Notes: a model not told the origin generated them from the sequence alone. A stretch of 64,000 bases of DNA from Chthoniobacteraceae bacterium (GCA_040081625.1 JBEBGD010000005.1:46966-110965); one strand, 5' to 3'; shown: positions 1 to 9,178, counted from the first letter of the stretch. Program-made: numbers and translations.

Positions 1-2
1 CG

Positions 3-239
3 TTGAGGACGAACCTTACCGGCACGCCCATCGGCGGCAGGCTGCGGGTGATCTCCAAATACGTCCCGACCTACATCGATCTCTACCCCGCGAGCGGGTT
101 CTTCGTCGGGGAGTATAAACCGGCGCGGCAGGCGAGCCGACCCTTCTTCGGCGTGATCATCCAGGGCGCCGGCTACAACTACGGCCAGGGAAATACGCTC
201 GACGGCGCGACCATCAACGCTGCGAGCCTCACGCCGTAG
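3..239 (+). CDS. 3' end (partial) of a probable secreted protein; C-terminal domain paralogous to that of the FG-GAP protein ending at 50007
   Basis: Open frame from the window edge to TAG; ungapped 52/74 aa identity by eye to the C-terminus of 45985..50007 (QGAGYNYGQGNTLD...INAASLTP). Confidence 0.8.
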   Translation: MRTNLTGTPIGGRLRVISKYVPTYIDLYPASGFFVGEYKPARQASRPFFGVIIQGAGYNYGQGNTLDGATINAASLTP

Positions 240-243
240 GCGC

Positions 244-1167
244 TCACTCGCTGAAGCGCAGGTCGGAGACGAGCACGCGGTGATCTGACCGGAAGGTGAT
301 CTCGTGATGGCAGCGCACGGGCGTGAGGCCCTTTCCGCACCACATCTGGTCGAGCGAGAGCACGGGCAGCGGCATGGGCCAGGTCTCGCCGGAGCCGATG
401 CCGGCGGTCTCGAACGTGTTCACGAAGTTCTTTCGCAGCTCGGCGAAGTGCGCGGAATCGCGCGGTGTGTTGAAATCGCCGAGGACGATGAGCGGGCGGT
501 CGCGCAGCGAGTCGGCGAGTTGCGTGAGGCGGGCGAGCGGCGCGCGGCGCGACTGCATCGGCACGCCGCTGATATCGACCTGGAGCACGCGCAGGTCGCG
601 GCCTTTGATCCGCACATCGTAGCGGGCGAAGTATGAGCCGGGGCCGAGCGAGCCCGATTCGCGCGCGGTCACCTCGCCGCGGACGAGGCAGAGGAGATTG
701 CCTCCGGCGAATTCCGCGGCGTAGCCGGCGAAGGTCTCGCTCCAGCGCTCGCGCCCGCGGCCGTTGCGCGGCAGCACTTCCGCGATCGCGATGAGGTCGG
801 CGTCGTAGCCGCGCAGCCGGCTCGCGATCGACGGGAATCGATGCACGGGCCGAGCGACGTTCCATTGCACGACGCGCAGGTCCGCCGCCTCGTGCGAGGG
901 CTGCCCGGTGCGCCAGTGCTCCATGATCCACATGGCGAGAAAGACGTGCGTGATCGCGATGCTCGCGAAGACCATCTGCGGCTGACGGCGGAAGCGCCAC
1001 ACGATCGGCAAGGTGAGGAACGCGAGCACCGGCCACGGCGTGATGTAGTAGAGCGGCGCGAGCAGATCGACCGAGTCGCGCAGCGTGACGCGCAGCACGA
1101 TGCCGTTGAGCCAGACGATGAGGAGCAGCGGGAAGAACTGGCGCCCGATCCAGCGGAGCGCGTTCAC
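244..1167 (-). CDS. Endonuclease/exonuclease/phosphatase (EEP) family protein with N-terminal membrane segments
   Basis: QWNV, DLIAIAE, LGDFN, LDQMW and SDH motifs; hydrophobic N-terminus. Confidence 0.85.
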   Translation of the reverse strand: MNALRWIGRQFFPLLLIVWLNGIVLRVTLRDSVDLLAPLYYITPWPVLAFLTLPIVWRFRRQPQMVFASIAITHVFLAMWIMEHWRTGQPSHEAADLRVVQWNVARPVHRFPSIASRLRGYDADLIAIAEVLPRNGRGRERWSETFAGYAAEFAGGNLLCLVRGEVTARESGSLGPGSYFARYDVRIKGRDLRVLQVDISGVPMQSRRAPLARLTQLADSLRDRPLIVLGDFNTPRDSAHFAELRKNFVNTFETAGIGSGETWPMPLPVLSLDQMWCGKGLTPVRCHHEITFRSDHRVLVSDLRFSE

Positions 1168-2180
1168 CTGAGCAGCGGCGCGAAGAATCTCTCCAGCGCC
1201 TCGGCGCCCTTGGCGAAGCTGATCGTCGCGCGCGCGTTTTCCACGGCCTGCACGACCATGTCCGCGCAGTCGTGCGGATGCTCGAAGAGCCGCGCGGCCA
1301 TGTCGAAGAGCTGCTCATGCGTGCGGCCGAAGCCGCACAGCTCGGGGAAGACAAGCCGCTCAATCGTGCCGTGGCCGCCGAGGCACGGCACGCGCGCGAG
1401 CAGCGCGTCGCCAGCGACCTGGCCGGGCACTGTGCTCGCGTCGAGCTGGAAGACGAAGCGGTGCTTGGCGACAGCGCGCAGGTATTTCGGATACGGCAGG
1501 CGCTCCTCGACGATGCGCAGCGCGCCTTCGCCGTAGTCGAGCTGGCGCAGCATCCGGCGCCCGCGCCAGCCTTCGAAGTTGAACACGGTCACGGTTTCGC
1601 CCAGCCCCTCGGCGAGCCGGCGGATGAGCTGGAGCGCGGCGAAGTGGTTGCGCGTGGGCGTGGCGAACTCGCGCGTGCCGATGAGCACGCCGCTCTTTTC
1701 CTCCTCCGGCCGCGTGAAGTCCCAGCGCGCGTCCTCGACGGGATACGGCGTGGGGATCAGTTCGACGCGCTGCGCGCCGGTCCACAGGAACAGCGGCACG
1801 AGGTCCGCGGTGGTCGCGATCGCGCCGTCGCTCATCTCGCAGCACTGGCGGAAAAGATCGATGTTGCGCCCGCGCGCGAGTTGCTCGGCGATCTGATGCC
1901 CGCCCGCTTCCTTCCATGCGATCACGATGGTCTTCTTTTCGCGCCGCAGCCGCGTGATGGCTTTCGCTGCGCGCGAGAGATCGCGCGTGAGCAGCAGGAT
2001 CACTGCGCGCACGTCCTTCGGGATTGCATCGTAGTCGCTCGCGAAGACGCCGCCCGTGCATGCGGCGAAGGCGTGATAGTTGACCGGCGCGTGCGCCTTT
2101 TCGTCGGGCGCACCGGCGAAGTCGGGGAAGCGTTGATCGGGATCACGCCCGCCGGGATTGAGGACAGCGACTTTGAGCAT
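1164..2180 (-). CDS. Hypothetical protein, possibly glycosyltransferase (GT-B)-like
   Basis: Long ORF overlapping the next gene by 4 nt; C-terminal PGQVAGDALLARVPCLG resembles the GT-B nucleotide-sugar-binding segment; start chosen at MLKVAVL. Confidence 0.55.
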   Translation of the reverse strand: MLKVAVLNPGGRDPDQRFPDFAGAPDEKAHAPVNYHAFAACTGGVFASDYDAIPKDVRAVILLLTRDLSRAAKAITRLRREKKTIVIAWKEAGGHQIAEQLARGRNIDLFRQCCEMSDGAIATTADLVPLFLWTGAQRVELIPTPYPVEDARWDFTRPEEEKSGVLIGTREFATPTRNHFAALQLIRRLAEGLGETVTVFNFEGWRGRRMLRQLDYGEGALRIVEERLPYPKYLRAVAKHRFVFQLDASTVPGQVAGDALLARVPCLGGHGTIERLVFPELCGFGRTHEQLFDMAARLFEHPHDCADMVVQAVENARATISFAKGAEALERFFAPLLR

Positions 2181-2213
2181 CGGGCGCGGACAAGACGCCA
2201 TTACCGGGTGAGG

Positions 2214-2579
2214 TCAAAGGCCGAACTGCTCGTCGATCGCGCGCCGGTCCTGCTTGGTCGGTCGGCCCGCGCCCTTCGCGCGAAAGCCGGGCGGGAGAAG
2301 GTTCGCATCGCGGCGGCGCGCGTATTCTTCGGGCGGCGTGAGGTCTTCGGCGAATTGCGCGACGAGCTTCGCGGCTACGCGGGAAGGCGGGGCGGCGAGC
2401 ACCCGGATGGTGCGGGTCAACTGGCCCACGCGCGCGGCGATGACCTCGCCGGGGCGGACCTCGTGGGCCGGCTTGGTCGGCCCGGCGGCGATCTTCACGT
2501 GCCCGCCTTTGATCGCGTCGGCGGCGAGGGTGCGAGTCTTGTAGATGCGGATGGCCCAGAGCCATTGATCGAGTCGCAT
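2214..2579 (-). CDS. hslR: S4-domain RNA-binding protein (Hsp15-like)
   Basis: MRLDQWLWAIRIYKTRTLA...GGHV and C-terminal GAGRPTKQDRR signature. Confidence 0.85.
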   Translation of the reverse strand: MRLDQWLWAIRIYKTRTLAADAIKGGHVKIAAGPTKPAHEVRPGEVIAARVGQLTRTIRVLAAPPSRVAAKLVAQFAEDLTPPEEYARRRDANLLPPGFRAKGAGRPTKQDRRAIDEQFGL

Positions 2580-2625
2580 GGGCGGATGCTTGGCACGCGG
2601 GAGCAGTCGAAGCGAGGGCGAAGTT

Positions 2626-2647
2626 TTATGATTACTTGCGATCATAA
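2626..2647. promoter_or_regulatory. Palindromic candidate operator 1 (TTATGAT-N8-ATCATAA) upstream of the DeoR gene
   Basis: Perfect 7-bp inverted arms; the same arms and spacing recur at 3553-3574. Confidence 0.7.
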
Positions 2648-2664
2648 CGTGTTACTCTGGGTCC

Positions 2665-3558
2665 GTGAAAGTGCCCATGCACGTCATCCTAGCCCGCCGG
2701 GAGAAGCTGGCGGCACTGATCGAGCAGCACCGCTTCCTGCCGGTGAAGGAGTTGTGTCGTCGATTCGGAGTGTCCGAGGCGACGATGCGGCGGGATCTGG
2801 CGGCCTTGCATGGGGAGAAGCGGATCACGCGGACCTTCGGCGGAGCGCTCAAGGAGTTTAATGAGCGGTTTCCGTCGTTTCGAGAGCGGCAACACCGGGC
2901 CTCGCGCTCGAAGACGCGGGTCGCCCGGCTCGCGCTCGGTCTGTTGGAGGCGGGGAAGACCTACTTCTTCGACTCGGGGACGACGGTCTTTTCCATCGCC
3001 GAAGCTTTCCGCGACGCACCCGTGACGCCGATCACGATCGTGACCTCGAACCTGCCGGTCGGTGAGATGCTGGCCGCGATCCCCGGAGTCGAGGTCTTCC
3101 AGCTCGCCGGGCAACTCCTGCACCTCCAATCGACGCTTCTCGGCGAGACGGCTCAGCGCAGCCTTGAGTTCTGGCACTTCGATTGGGCCTTTCTCTCGAC
3201 GGAAGGGATGACGCCGAGCGGACTGTGGAACTCGCAGATCGCGATCGTCGAGCAGCAGAAGGTCGTGCTCCGGCGGAGCGCCCGCCACGTCTTCTGCGTT
3301 GATAGCTCGAAACTGAACCGGCAGGCTCCGCACTTTCTCATCGGCTGGAACGAGATCGATACCCTGCTCACGGACGTGCCGATTCAGAAGCTGCATGCGG
3401 CGGGCATTATGATCGACCCCGCTCACTACCTCGGGCCGGATTCGCTCAAGACAGCAGCCGGCGAGGTCGGTGGGGAAGCCGGGGAGTCAGCGCCGGAAAA
3501 GGCAGTTTCAGAAGGAAAACCTCCCGTCGAGGGCGACCTACCCGTCCATTTTTTATGA
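2665..3558 (+). CDS. DeoR/GlpR family transcriptional regulator of the BMC locus
   Basis: HTH FGVSEATMRRDL and sugar-phosphate-binding domain FFDSGTT...VTSNL; start GTG 2665 or ATG 2677. Confidence 0.9.
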   Translation: MKVPMHVILARREKLAALIEQHRFLPVKELCRRFGVSEATMRRDLAALHGEKRITRTFGGALKEFNERFPSFRERQHRASRSKTRVARLALGLLEAGKTYFFDSGTTVFSIAEAFRDAPVTPITIVTSNLPVGEMLAAIPGVEVFQLAGQLLHLQSTLLGETAQRSLEFWHFDWAFLSTEGMTPSGLWNSQIAIVEQQKVVLRRSARHVFCVDSSKLNRQAPHFLIGWNEIDTLLTDVPIQKLHAAGIMIDPAHYLGPDSLKTAAGEVGGEAGESAPEKAVSEGKPPVEGDLPVHFL

Positions 3559-3624
3559 TCGGAAATAATCATAAAAAGGCTTTGACGTGCCGTCCGAAAG
3601 TTATATGACTGCGATCAATCATTT
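3550..3624 (+). promoter_or_regulatory. Probable BMC operon promoter with operators 2 (3553-3574) and 3 (3603-3624, degenerate)
   Basis: AT-rich island; TTGACG -35-like hexamer at 3582-3587 between TTATGAT-N8-ATCATAA and ATATGAC-N8-ATCATTT. Confidence 0.7.
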
Positions 3625-3641
3625 AATTCTCCCCGTCTAGA

Positions 3642-4316
3642 ATGAGCGCCACTCTCAACAGCAACCGAGCCACCGTCGAGACTCTCGTCCGCTCAGCTTT
3701 GTTCAAGCAACTCGGCAAGGCGGCTCCAGCGGGGCCGGCGCCGACGCTCTTGGTGAACAGTTCCGCGCGGCACATGCACATCTCGCCGGAGAATCTCGAG
3801 ACGCTTTTCGGCCCCGGTGCGAAGCTCACCGTCCACAAGTGGCTTTATCAGGAAGGGCAGTTTGCCTCCGAGCAGACCGTCACCTTGATCGGGCCGCGCC
3901 GCCGCGTCATCCCGAGTCTGCGCATTCTCGGCCCCTGCCGGAATCTCACGCAGATCGAACTCGCGCTCACCGACGCGGTGCAGCTCGGCATGGACATCCC
4001 GGTGAAGATGTCCGGCGATATCAAGGGCACCCCGGGCGGCTACGTGATGGGGCCAAAGGGAATGCTGGAGATGAAGGACGGCCTCATCCGCGCGGCACGG
4101 CACGTCCACATGGCGCCGGGCGACGCGAAGTTTTACGGCGTGAAGCACCTCGACCGCATCACGCTGAAGGTCACGTCGCCGGCGTGCAATACGCGCTTCG
4201 ACGACCTCATCGTGCGCGTCGATCCGAGCTTCAAACTCGAGGTCCACATGGACACCGACGAAGCGAACGCCTGCGACCTCGAGCGCGCGACCAAAGTCGA
4301 GCTGATCAAATCTTAA
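3642..4316 (+). CDS. pduL: Phosphate propanoyltransferase (PduL-type phosphotransacylase) with N-terminal encapsulation peptide
   Basis: SARHMH, RILGP, RHVHM and HMDTDEANA motifs; amphipathic N-terminal helix RATVETLVRSALFKQL. Confidence 0.92.
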   Translation: MSATLNSNRATVETLVRSALFKQLGKAAPAGPAPTLLVNSSARHMHISPENLETLFGPGAKLTVHKWLYQEGQFASEQTVTLIGPRRRVIPSLRILGPCRNLTQIELALTDAVQLGMDIPVKMSGDIKGTPGGYVMGPKGMLEMKDGLIRAARHVHMAPGDAKFYGVKHLDRITLKVTSPACNTRFDDLIVRVDPSFKLEVHMDTDEANACDLERATKVELIKS

Positions 4317-4339
4317 CCCTAACCCAAACAAACAAACAC

Positions 4340-4609
4340 ATGAGCGAAGCAATCGGACTAATCGAAACTCGCGGCTACGTGGGCCTGGTGGAAGCCAGTG
4401 ACGCCATGGTCAAGGCCGCGAACGTGCAACTGGTCAAATCCATCCCCATCGGCGGCGCGCTGATCACGACCATCGTCAAAGGCGATGTCGGCAGCGTCAA
4501 AGCAGCCGTCGAAGCGGGCAAGGAAGCGGCGAAACGCGTGGGCAATCTCGTTGCCTCGCACGTCATCGCGCGTCCCGGACCCGACCTTCTCAAGTTCTTC
4601 ACCGCCTAA
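4340..4609 (+). CDS. BMC-H shell hexamer protein
   Basis: AIGLIETRG...DAMVKAANV...[10 protein letters not shown]...HVIARP. Confidence 0.95.
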   Translation: MSEAIGLIETRGYVGLVEASDAMVKAANVQLVKSIPIGGALITTIVKGDVGSVKAAVEAGKEAAKRVGNLVASHVIARPGPDLLKFFTA

Positions 4610-4629
4610 CCTTTTACCAACCTACTACC

Positions 4630-4935
4630 ATGCCTGGACAAGCACTCGGAATGATCGAAACCAAAGGCCTCGTCGCACAGTTCGAAGCAACTGACGCGAT
4701 GATCAAAGCCGCAAACGTGGAACTCATCGGCTGGGAAAAAGTCGGCTCGGGCTTCGTCAGCACATTCGTGCGCGGCGATGTCGCTGCGGTGAAAGCCGCG
4801 GTCGAAGCCGGCGCCACGGCCGCTGCCGCGGTCGGCGAAGTCGTCGCCGTCCACGTGATCCCGCGTCCGCACGACGACATCTACGGGCTCGGAAAATTCC
4901 TCGGCGGCAAGCCGGCGAACGGTCCCGCGAAGTAA
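4630..4935 (+). CDS. BMC-H shell hexamer protein
   Basis: ALGMIETKG...DAMIKAANV...[10 protein letters not shown]...HVIPRPH. Confidence 0.95.
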   Translation: MPGQALGMIETKGLVAQFEATDAMIKAANVELIGWEKVGSGFVSTFVRGDVAAVKAAVEAGATAAAAVGEVVAVHVIPRPHDDIYGLGKFLGGKPANGPAK

Positions 4936-4952
4936 GTCGCGCAGTCTCCGCG

Positions 4953-6137
4953 ATGACCGCCAATAAGATCCTCGTCGCCAACATCGGCAGCACCTCGTTC
5001 AAGTTCCGCTTGATTGAGATGCCGGGCGAGCGCGTGCTCGCGAAGGGCGGCGTGGAGCGGATCGGCGGCGCGGAATCGACTTACAAATACCAGGTCGGCG
5101 ACGACGCTGAGCAGAAAGGCGTCGCGGCGTTGCCCGACCACGGCGCGGCGATCGCGCTCGTCGAGAAGGCACTCGGCGGTTTCGACGGACTCGCGGCGGT
5201 CGGTTTCAAGCCGGTGATGGCGCGCGGCATCTCGGGCACGCAAGTGCTCGCCGAGCCCGTGCTGCGCGCGATGGAGGAAATCAACACGCTCCTCCCCGCG
5301 CACAACCCGCCCTACGTCGCCGCCGTCCGCAGCTTCCACAAATCGCACCCGCACCTGCCGTGCATCGGCACGTTCGAGACCGCGTTCTACGACGACGTGC
5401 CGGTCGAAAATGTGCGCTACCCGGTGCCACGCGAGTGGGAGACAAAATACGGCATCCGCCGCTACGGCTTCCACGGCGCGAGTCATCGCTTCGTCACGCA
5501 GCGATGCGCGGAACTGCGCGGAACGGACCAACTCCGCATCATCTCCTGCCACCTCGGTGGCAGCAGTTCGATCGCCGCGGTGCGCAACGGCAAGGCCATT
5601 GACTCGAGTTGGGGCATGACCCCGCAGAGCGGCCTGCCGCAAAACAATCGCGTGGGCGACTTCGATGTCTTCGCTCTCATCTACCTCGCCCGCGATCTCG
5701 GCCTCGGCATCGATGCAGTCGAAAAAGCGCTCACCTCGCAGTCTGGCCTCAAGGGCCTCTCCGGCCTCGCGACCGGCGACGTGCGCGACCTCGTCGAAGC
5801 ATCCGCGAGCGGCAATGCCGACGCGAAGATCGCGCTCGATGTCTTCGTCGCCGCGATCCGCAAATACATCGGCCAATTCCTCGTCGAGTTGAACGGCGCC
5901 GACGTGCTCATCTTCACCGCCGGCATCGCAGAAAATCATCCGGGGTTGCGTGAGAGAATCTGCGCGAACCTCGACTTCTGCGGCCTCGAACTCGACCTCG
6001 ACGCGAACGCCCGCACGCGCGGCGACGAAGCCATCATTTCCACCCCGCGCTCGAAGATCGAAGTGCGCGTCATCCCCACGAACGAAGAACTCATCATCGC
6101 CCGCAACGCGTGGGCCAAGCTTTCCAACCTCAACTAA
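4953..6137 (+). CDS. ackA: Acetate/propionate kinase
   Basis: NIGSTSFK, PAHNP, RRYGFHGASH, CHLGG, FTAGIAEN and IPTNEE motifs. Confidence 0.92.
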   Translation: MTANKILVANIGSTSFKFRLIEMPGERVLAKGGVERIGGAESTYKYQVGDDAEQKGVAALPDHGAAIALVEKALGGFDGLAAVGFKPVMARGISGTQVLAEPVLRAMEEINTLLPAHNPPYVAAVRSFHKSHPHLPCIGTFETAFYDDVPVENVRYPVPREWETKYGIRRYGFHGASHRFVTQRCAELRGTDQLRIISCHLGGSSSIAAVRNGKAIDSSWGMTPQSGLPQNNRVGDFDVFALIYLARDLGLGIDAVEKALTSQSGLKGLSGLATGDVRDLVEASASGNADAKIALDVFVAAIRKYIGQFLVELNGADVLIFTAGIAENHPGLRERICANLDFCGLELDLDANARTRGDEAIISTPRSKIEVRVIPTNEELIIARNAWAKLSNLN

Positions 6138-6154
6138 CCCAACAACCAAAACCT

Positions 6155-6436
6155 ATGGCACAACAAGCAATCGGAATGATCGAAACACGCGGCCTCATCG
6201 CACTCGTCGAGGCGACTGACGCGATGCTCAAATCGGCCAACGTCGAACTCGTCGGCCCCATCACCCAGGTCGGCAACGCGATGGTGACCGTCTGCGTCAC
6301 CGGCGACGTCGCCGCCGTCAAAGCCGCGACCGAAGCCGGCAAGACCGCCGCGCAATCGCTCGGCGAGATCGTCAGCGTCAGCGTCATCGCACGCCCGCAC
6401 GGCGACCTCGGCGCCGTCCTGCCGAAGGCCAAGTAA
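6155..6436 (+). CDS. BMC-H shell hexamer protein
   Basis: AIGMIETRG...DAMLKSANV...GDVAAVKAA...VIARPH. Confidence 0.95.
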   Translation: MAQQAIGMIETRGLIALVEATDAMLKSANVELVGPITQVGNAMVTVCVTGDVAAVKAATEAGKTAAQSLGEIVSVSVIARPHGDLGAVLPKAK

Positions 6437-6468
6437 TGCGGAAAGCGGAAAGCGGAGACCGGAAAGAG
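6435..6468 (+). repeat. Left arm: tandem heptamers GCGGAAA GCGGAAA GCGGAGA CCGGAAA
   Basis: Read directly between the BMC-H stop codon and the four-helix-bundle start. Confidence 0.85.
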
Positions 6469-6470
6469 AC

Positions 6471-6836
6471 ATGGCGAACGCTGACTTTGCTGCACGATCC
6501 TTTGGGTTTGCAGCGCGCATCATCCGCTTGTTTCAGGCGCTGCCGAAAGACGAAGTCTCTCGCACCCTCGGGCGTCAGCTTCTCCGCTCGGGCACGTCTG
6601 TCGGAGCTAATGCTCGCGCCGCGAAGCGTGCCCGTTCCCGAGCCGAGTTCGTCGCCAAAATGGGAATCGTCGAGGAAGAAGCCGACGAGTCGATTTATTG
6701 GATCGACCTGCTTGTCGAAGTCGGCCTCCTCAAACCCAAGCGCATCGAAGCTCTCCGGATCGAGTGCGAGGAAATCCTCTCCATCACCGTCGCGTCCATC
6801 AAAACCGCCCGAACAAATGCCCGAACAAAAACATAA
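6471..6836 (+). CDS. Four-helix-bundle protein (23S rRNA IVP / TIGR02436-like family)
   Basis: QLLRSGTSVGAN...SRAEFVAKMGIVEEEADESIYWI signature. Confidence 0.9.
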   Translation: MANADFAARSFGFAARIIRLFQALPKDEVSRTLGRQLLRSGTSVGANARAAKRARSRAEFVAKMGIVEEEADESIYWIDLLVEVGLLKPKRIEALRIECEEILSITVASIKTARTNARTKT

Positions 6837-6850
6837 CCGCGCAATGCGAA

Positions 6851-6886
6851 CTCTCTCCGCATTCCGCATTCCGCTCTCCGCTCTCC
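6851..6886 (-). repeat. Right arm: tandem heptamers TCTCCGC ATTCCGC ATTCCGC TCTCCGC, inverted relative to the left arm
   Basis: Reverse complement (GCGGAGA/GCGGAAT units) matches the left-arm units. Confidence 0.85.
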
Positions 6887-6887
6887 T

Positions 6888-7196
6888 ATGATCCTCGCCC
6901 GGGTCGAAGGCAGCGTCGTCGCGACGAAGAAGAACACGAAGATGACGGGGAATAAATTCCTCCTCGTCCGTCCGCTCGTGATCGATTCCACGGACGCGAA
7001 AACGTGGAAGCCAGGCACGACTACGCTCGTCGCCGTGGACAGCCTCGGCGCGGGTGAAGGTGAGATCGTCCTCGTCGTCCAGGGCAGCTCCGCGCGCCTC
7101 GCTGCCGACGACAAGGATTCGCCCGTCGATGCCGTCGTGATCGGCCTCGTGGACACGGTCGATATCGGAAAACACATCCTCTACAAGGCGCAGTAA
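6888..7196 (+). CDS. BMC-P shell pentamer (EutN/CcmL family)
   Basis: MILARVEGSVVATKK...VAVDSLGAGEGE.VL...GSSAR...PVDAVVIGLVD. Confidence 0.95.
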   Translation: MILARVEGSVVATKKNTKMTGNKFLLVRPLVIDSTDAKTWKPGTTTLVAVDSLGAGEGEIVLVVQGSSARLAADDKDSPVDAVVIGLVDTVDIGKHILYKAQ

Positions 7197-7208
7197 CCAC
7201 ACACTTAA

Positions 7209-8639
7209 ATGGCAACACTGGACGAAAGAATTGTATCGAGAGTCGTGAGCGAAGTGCTCGCGCGTTTGCAGTCGCAGACCAAAGTCGCGTCGTCGGGGCA
7301 GAGTAGCTTCGGCGTTTACGACAAGATGGACGACGCGTGCGAAGCCGCGCATCGCTCATTTGAAAAGCTGCGCGAGCTCGGCGTGAACGCACGCAAGCAG
7401 GCGATCAACGTGATCCGGCGCATGTGTGTCGCGAAAGCGAAGGAGTGGGGCGAGATCGAATTTGCCGAGACGAAGATCGGCCGGCTCGATCACAAGATCG
7501 AGAAACTCAAAATCTGCGGCGACCTCGTGCCGGGCGTCGAATTCATGGAGCGCCACGCATTCAGCGGCGACTTCGGATTGACCGTGATCGACTTCGCGCC
7601 GTGGGGCGTGATCGGCGCGGTGACGCCTTCGACGCACAGCGTCCCGACGCTCACCGGCAACGCGATCAACATGATCGCCTCGGGCAACGCCGCCGTCTTC
7701 AACACACACCCTGCCGCCGCGGGCTGCGCCGCGCTCGCGATCCGCAGCTACAACGAAGGCATCTTCCAGGAGACCGGCATCAGCGACCTGCTCACCACCG
7801 TGGTGAAGCCGACGCTCGAAACCTTCGACACGATGTGCAAGCACGCGAAGGTGAAGCTGCTCTGCGTCACCGGCGGTCCCGCCGTCGTCGCCGCGGCGAT
7901 GAAAACCGGAAAGCGCGCCGTGTGCGCCGGGCCCGGCAATCCGCCCGTCGTCGTCGATGAAACTGCCGACCTCGCGAACGCGGCGCGGTGCATCATCCAA
8001 GGCGCGAGCTACGACAACAACCTGCTCTGCATCGGCGAGAAGGAAGTCTTCGTCGTCGAGAGCGTGGCCGACAAACTTTTCGCTGAGCTGAAGAAAGCCG
8101 GCGCCGTGCAACTCGACGCGAAGCAGATCGAGGCGCTCGCGGAGAAAGCGTTCGTCTTCCCGCAGGGCAAAGGAGCGGGGTGCCCGCACCCGGTCGTGAA
8201 TCGCGATCTCGTCGGTCGCGACGCCGCGGTGCTCGCGAAAGCGATCGGCCTCAGCGTGCCGCCCGCGACGCAGCTCCTTTTCGGCGAGACGAAGGAAGAT
8301 CACATCTTCGTCGATGAAGAGCAGATGATGCCGTTCATCCCGATCGTGCGCGTGCCGAACGTGGACGCCGGCATCGCCGCCGCGATCCGCGCGGAGCACA
8401 ACTACAAGCACACGGCGATCATGCACTCCACGAACATCAAGGCGCTCACGAAAATGGCGCAGGCCGTGGACACAACGCTCTTCATCAAGAACGGCCCGTG
8501 CATGACCGGCCTCGGGCTCGGCGGCGAAGGCTTCCTCAGCTTCTCCGTCGCCACGCCCACCGGCGAAGGCGTGACCACGCCGATGACATTCACCCGCTCA
8601 CGCCGCTGCGTGATGGTGGAGGAACTCAACCTTTTCTAA
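7209..8639 (+). CDS. CoA-acylating aldehyde dehydrogenase (PduP/EutE-like) with N-terminal encapsulation peptide
   Basis: TGGPAVV, AGPGNPP, DNNLLCIGEKE (catalytic Cys), EQMMP, TPTGEG; N-terminal helix ERIVSRVVSEVLARL. Confidence 0.93.
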   Translation: MATLDERIVSRVVSEVLARLQSQTKVASSGQSSFGVYDKMDDACEAAHRSFEKLRELGVNARKQAINVIRRMCVAKAKEWGEIEFAETKIGRLDHKIEKLKICGDLVPGVEFMERHAFSGDFGLTVIDFAPWGVIGAVTPSTHSVPTLTGNAINMIASGNAAVFNTHPAAAGCAALAIRSYNEGIFQETGISDLLTTVVKPTLETFDTMCKHAKVKLLCVTGGPAVVAAAMKTGKRAVCAGPGNPPVVVDETADLANAARCIIQGASYDNNLLCIGEKEVFVVESVADKLFAELKKAGAVQLDAKQIEALAEKAFVFPQGKGAGCPHPVVNRDLVGRDAAVLAKAIGLSVPPATQLLFGETKEDHIFVDEEQMMPFIPIVRVPNVDAGIAAAIRAEHNYKHTAIMHSTNIKALTKMAQAVDTTLFIKNGPCMTGLGLGGEGFLSFSVATPTGEGVTTPMTFTRSRRCVMVEELNLF

Positions 8640-8903
8640 ATGCGCCTCGCGACGATCCACGGCTACGCCACATCGACGATCAAGCACCGCAGCCTCGAAG
8701 GCTGGCGCTTGCTGATCGCGATACCGGAGAGCCCGGACCTTGCGCCGCAGATCGTGCTCGATTCGCTCGGCGCGGGCATCGGCCAGCGCGTGTTGATCTC
8801 CAGCGACGGAAGCGAAGCGCGAAAGATGGTGAACGATCAACGCAGCCCCGCGCGCTGGACCGTGATGGGGATCATCGATCCGGAGAGGGATCTCGCGATA
8901 TGA
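8640..8903 (+). CDS. BMC-P shell pentamer (EutN/CcmL family)
   Basis: STIKH.SL.G...DSLGAGIGQRVLISSDG...MGIID. Confidence 0.9.
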   Translation: MRLATIHGYATSTIKHRSLEGWRLLIAIPESPDLAPQIVLDSLGAGIGQRVLISSDGSEARKMVNDQRSPARWTVMGIIDPERDLAI

Positions 8904-9178
8904 GGATGGGCACCGTCATCGGTCGCGTGACACTTTCCGTGCGCCACAAACGCTACTCCGGCGAGCGCCTGCTCCTAACGCTGCCGTGGAAGACGGACAC
9001 GTTCAACGGAGCGGCGAAACACGATCCGGCGATCGTCGTTTACGACCAACTCGGCGCGGGTGTCGGCCAGCACATCGCCATCAGCGAAGGCCGCGAAGCC
9101 GCCTGCCCTTTCCCGACCCCGACGCCCGTGGACGCCTACTGCGCCGCGCTCGTCGATGAACATTTTTACAAGAAATAA
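8900..9178 (+). CDS. BMC-P shell pentamer (EutN/CcmL family)
   Basis: MRMGTVIGRVTLS...YDQLGAGVGQ...SEGREAA...PVDAYCAALVD; ATGA overlap with the previous gene. Confidence 0.9.
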   Translation: MRMGTVIGRVTLSVRHKRYSGERLLLTLPWKTDTFNGAAKHDPAIVVYDQLGAGVGQHIAISEGREAACPFPTPTPVDAYCAALVDEHFYKK

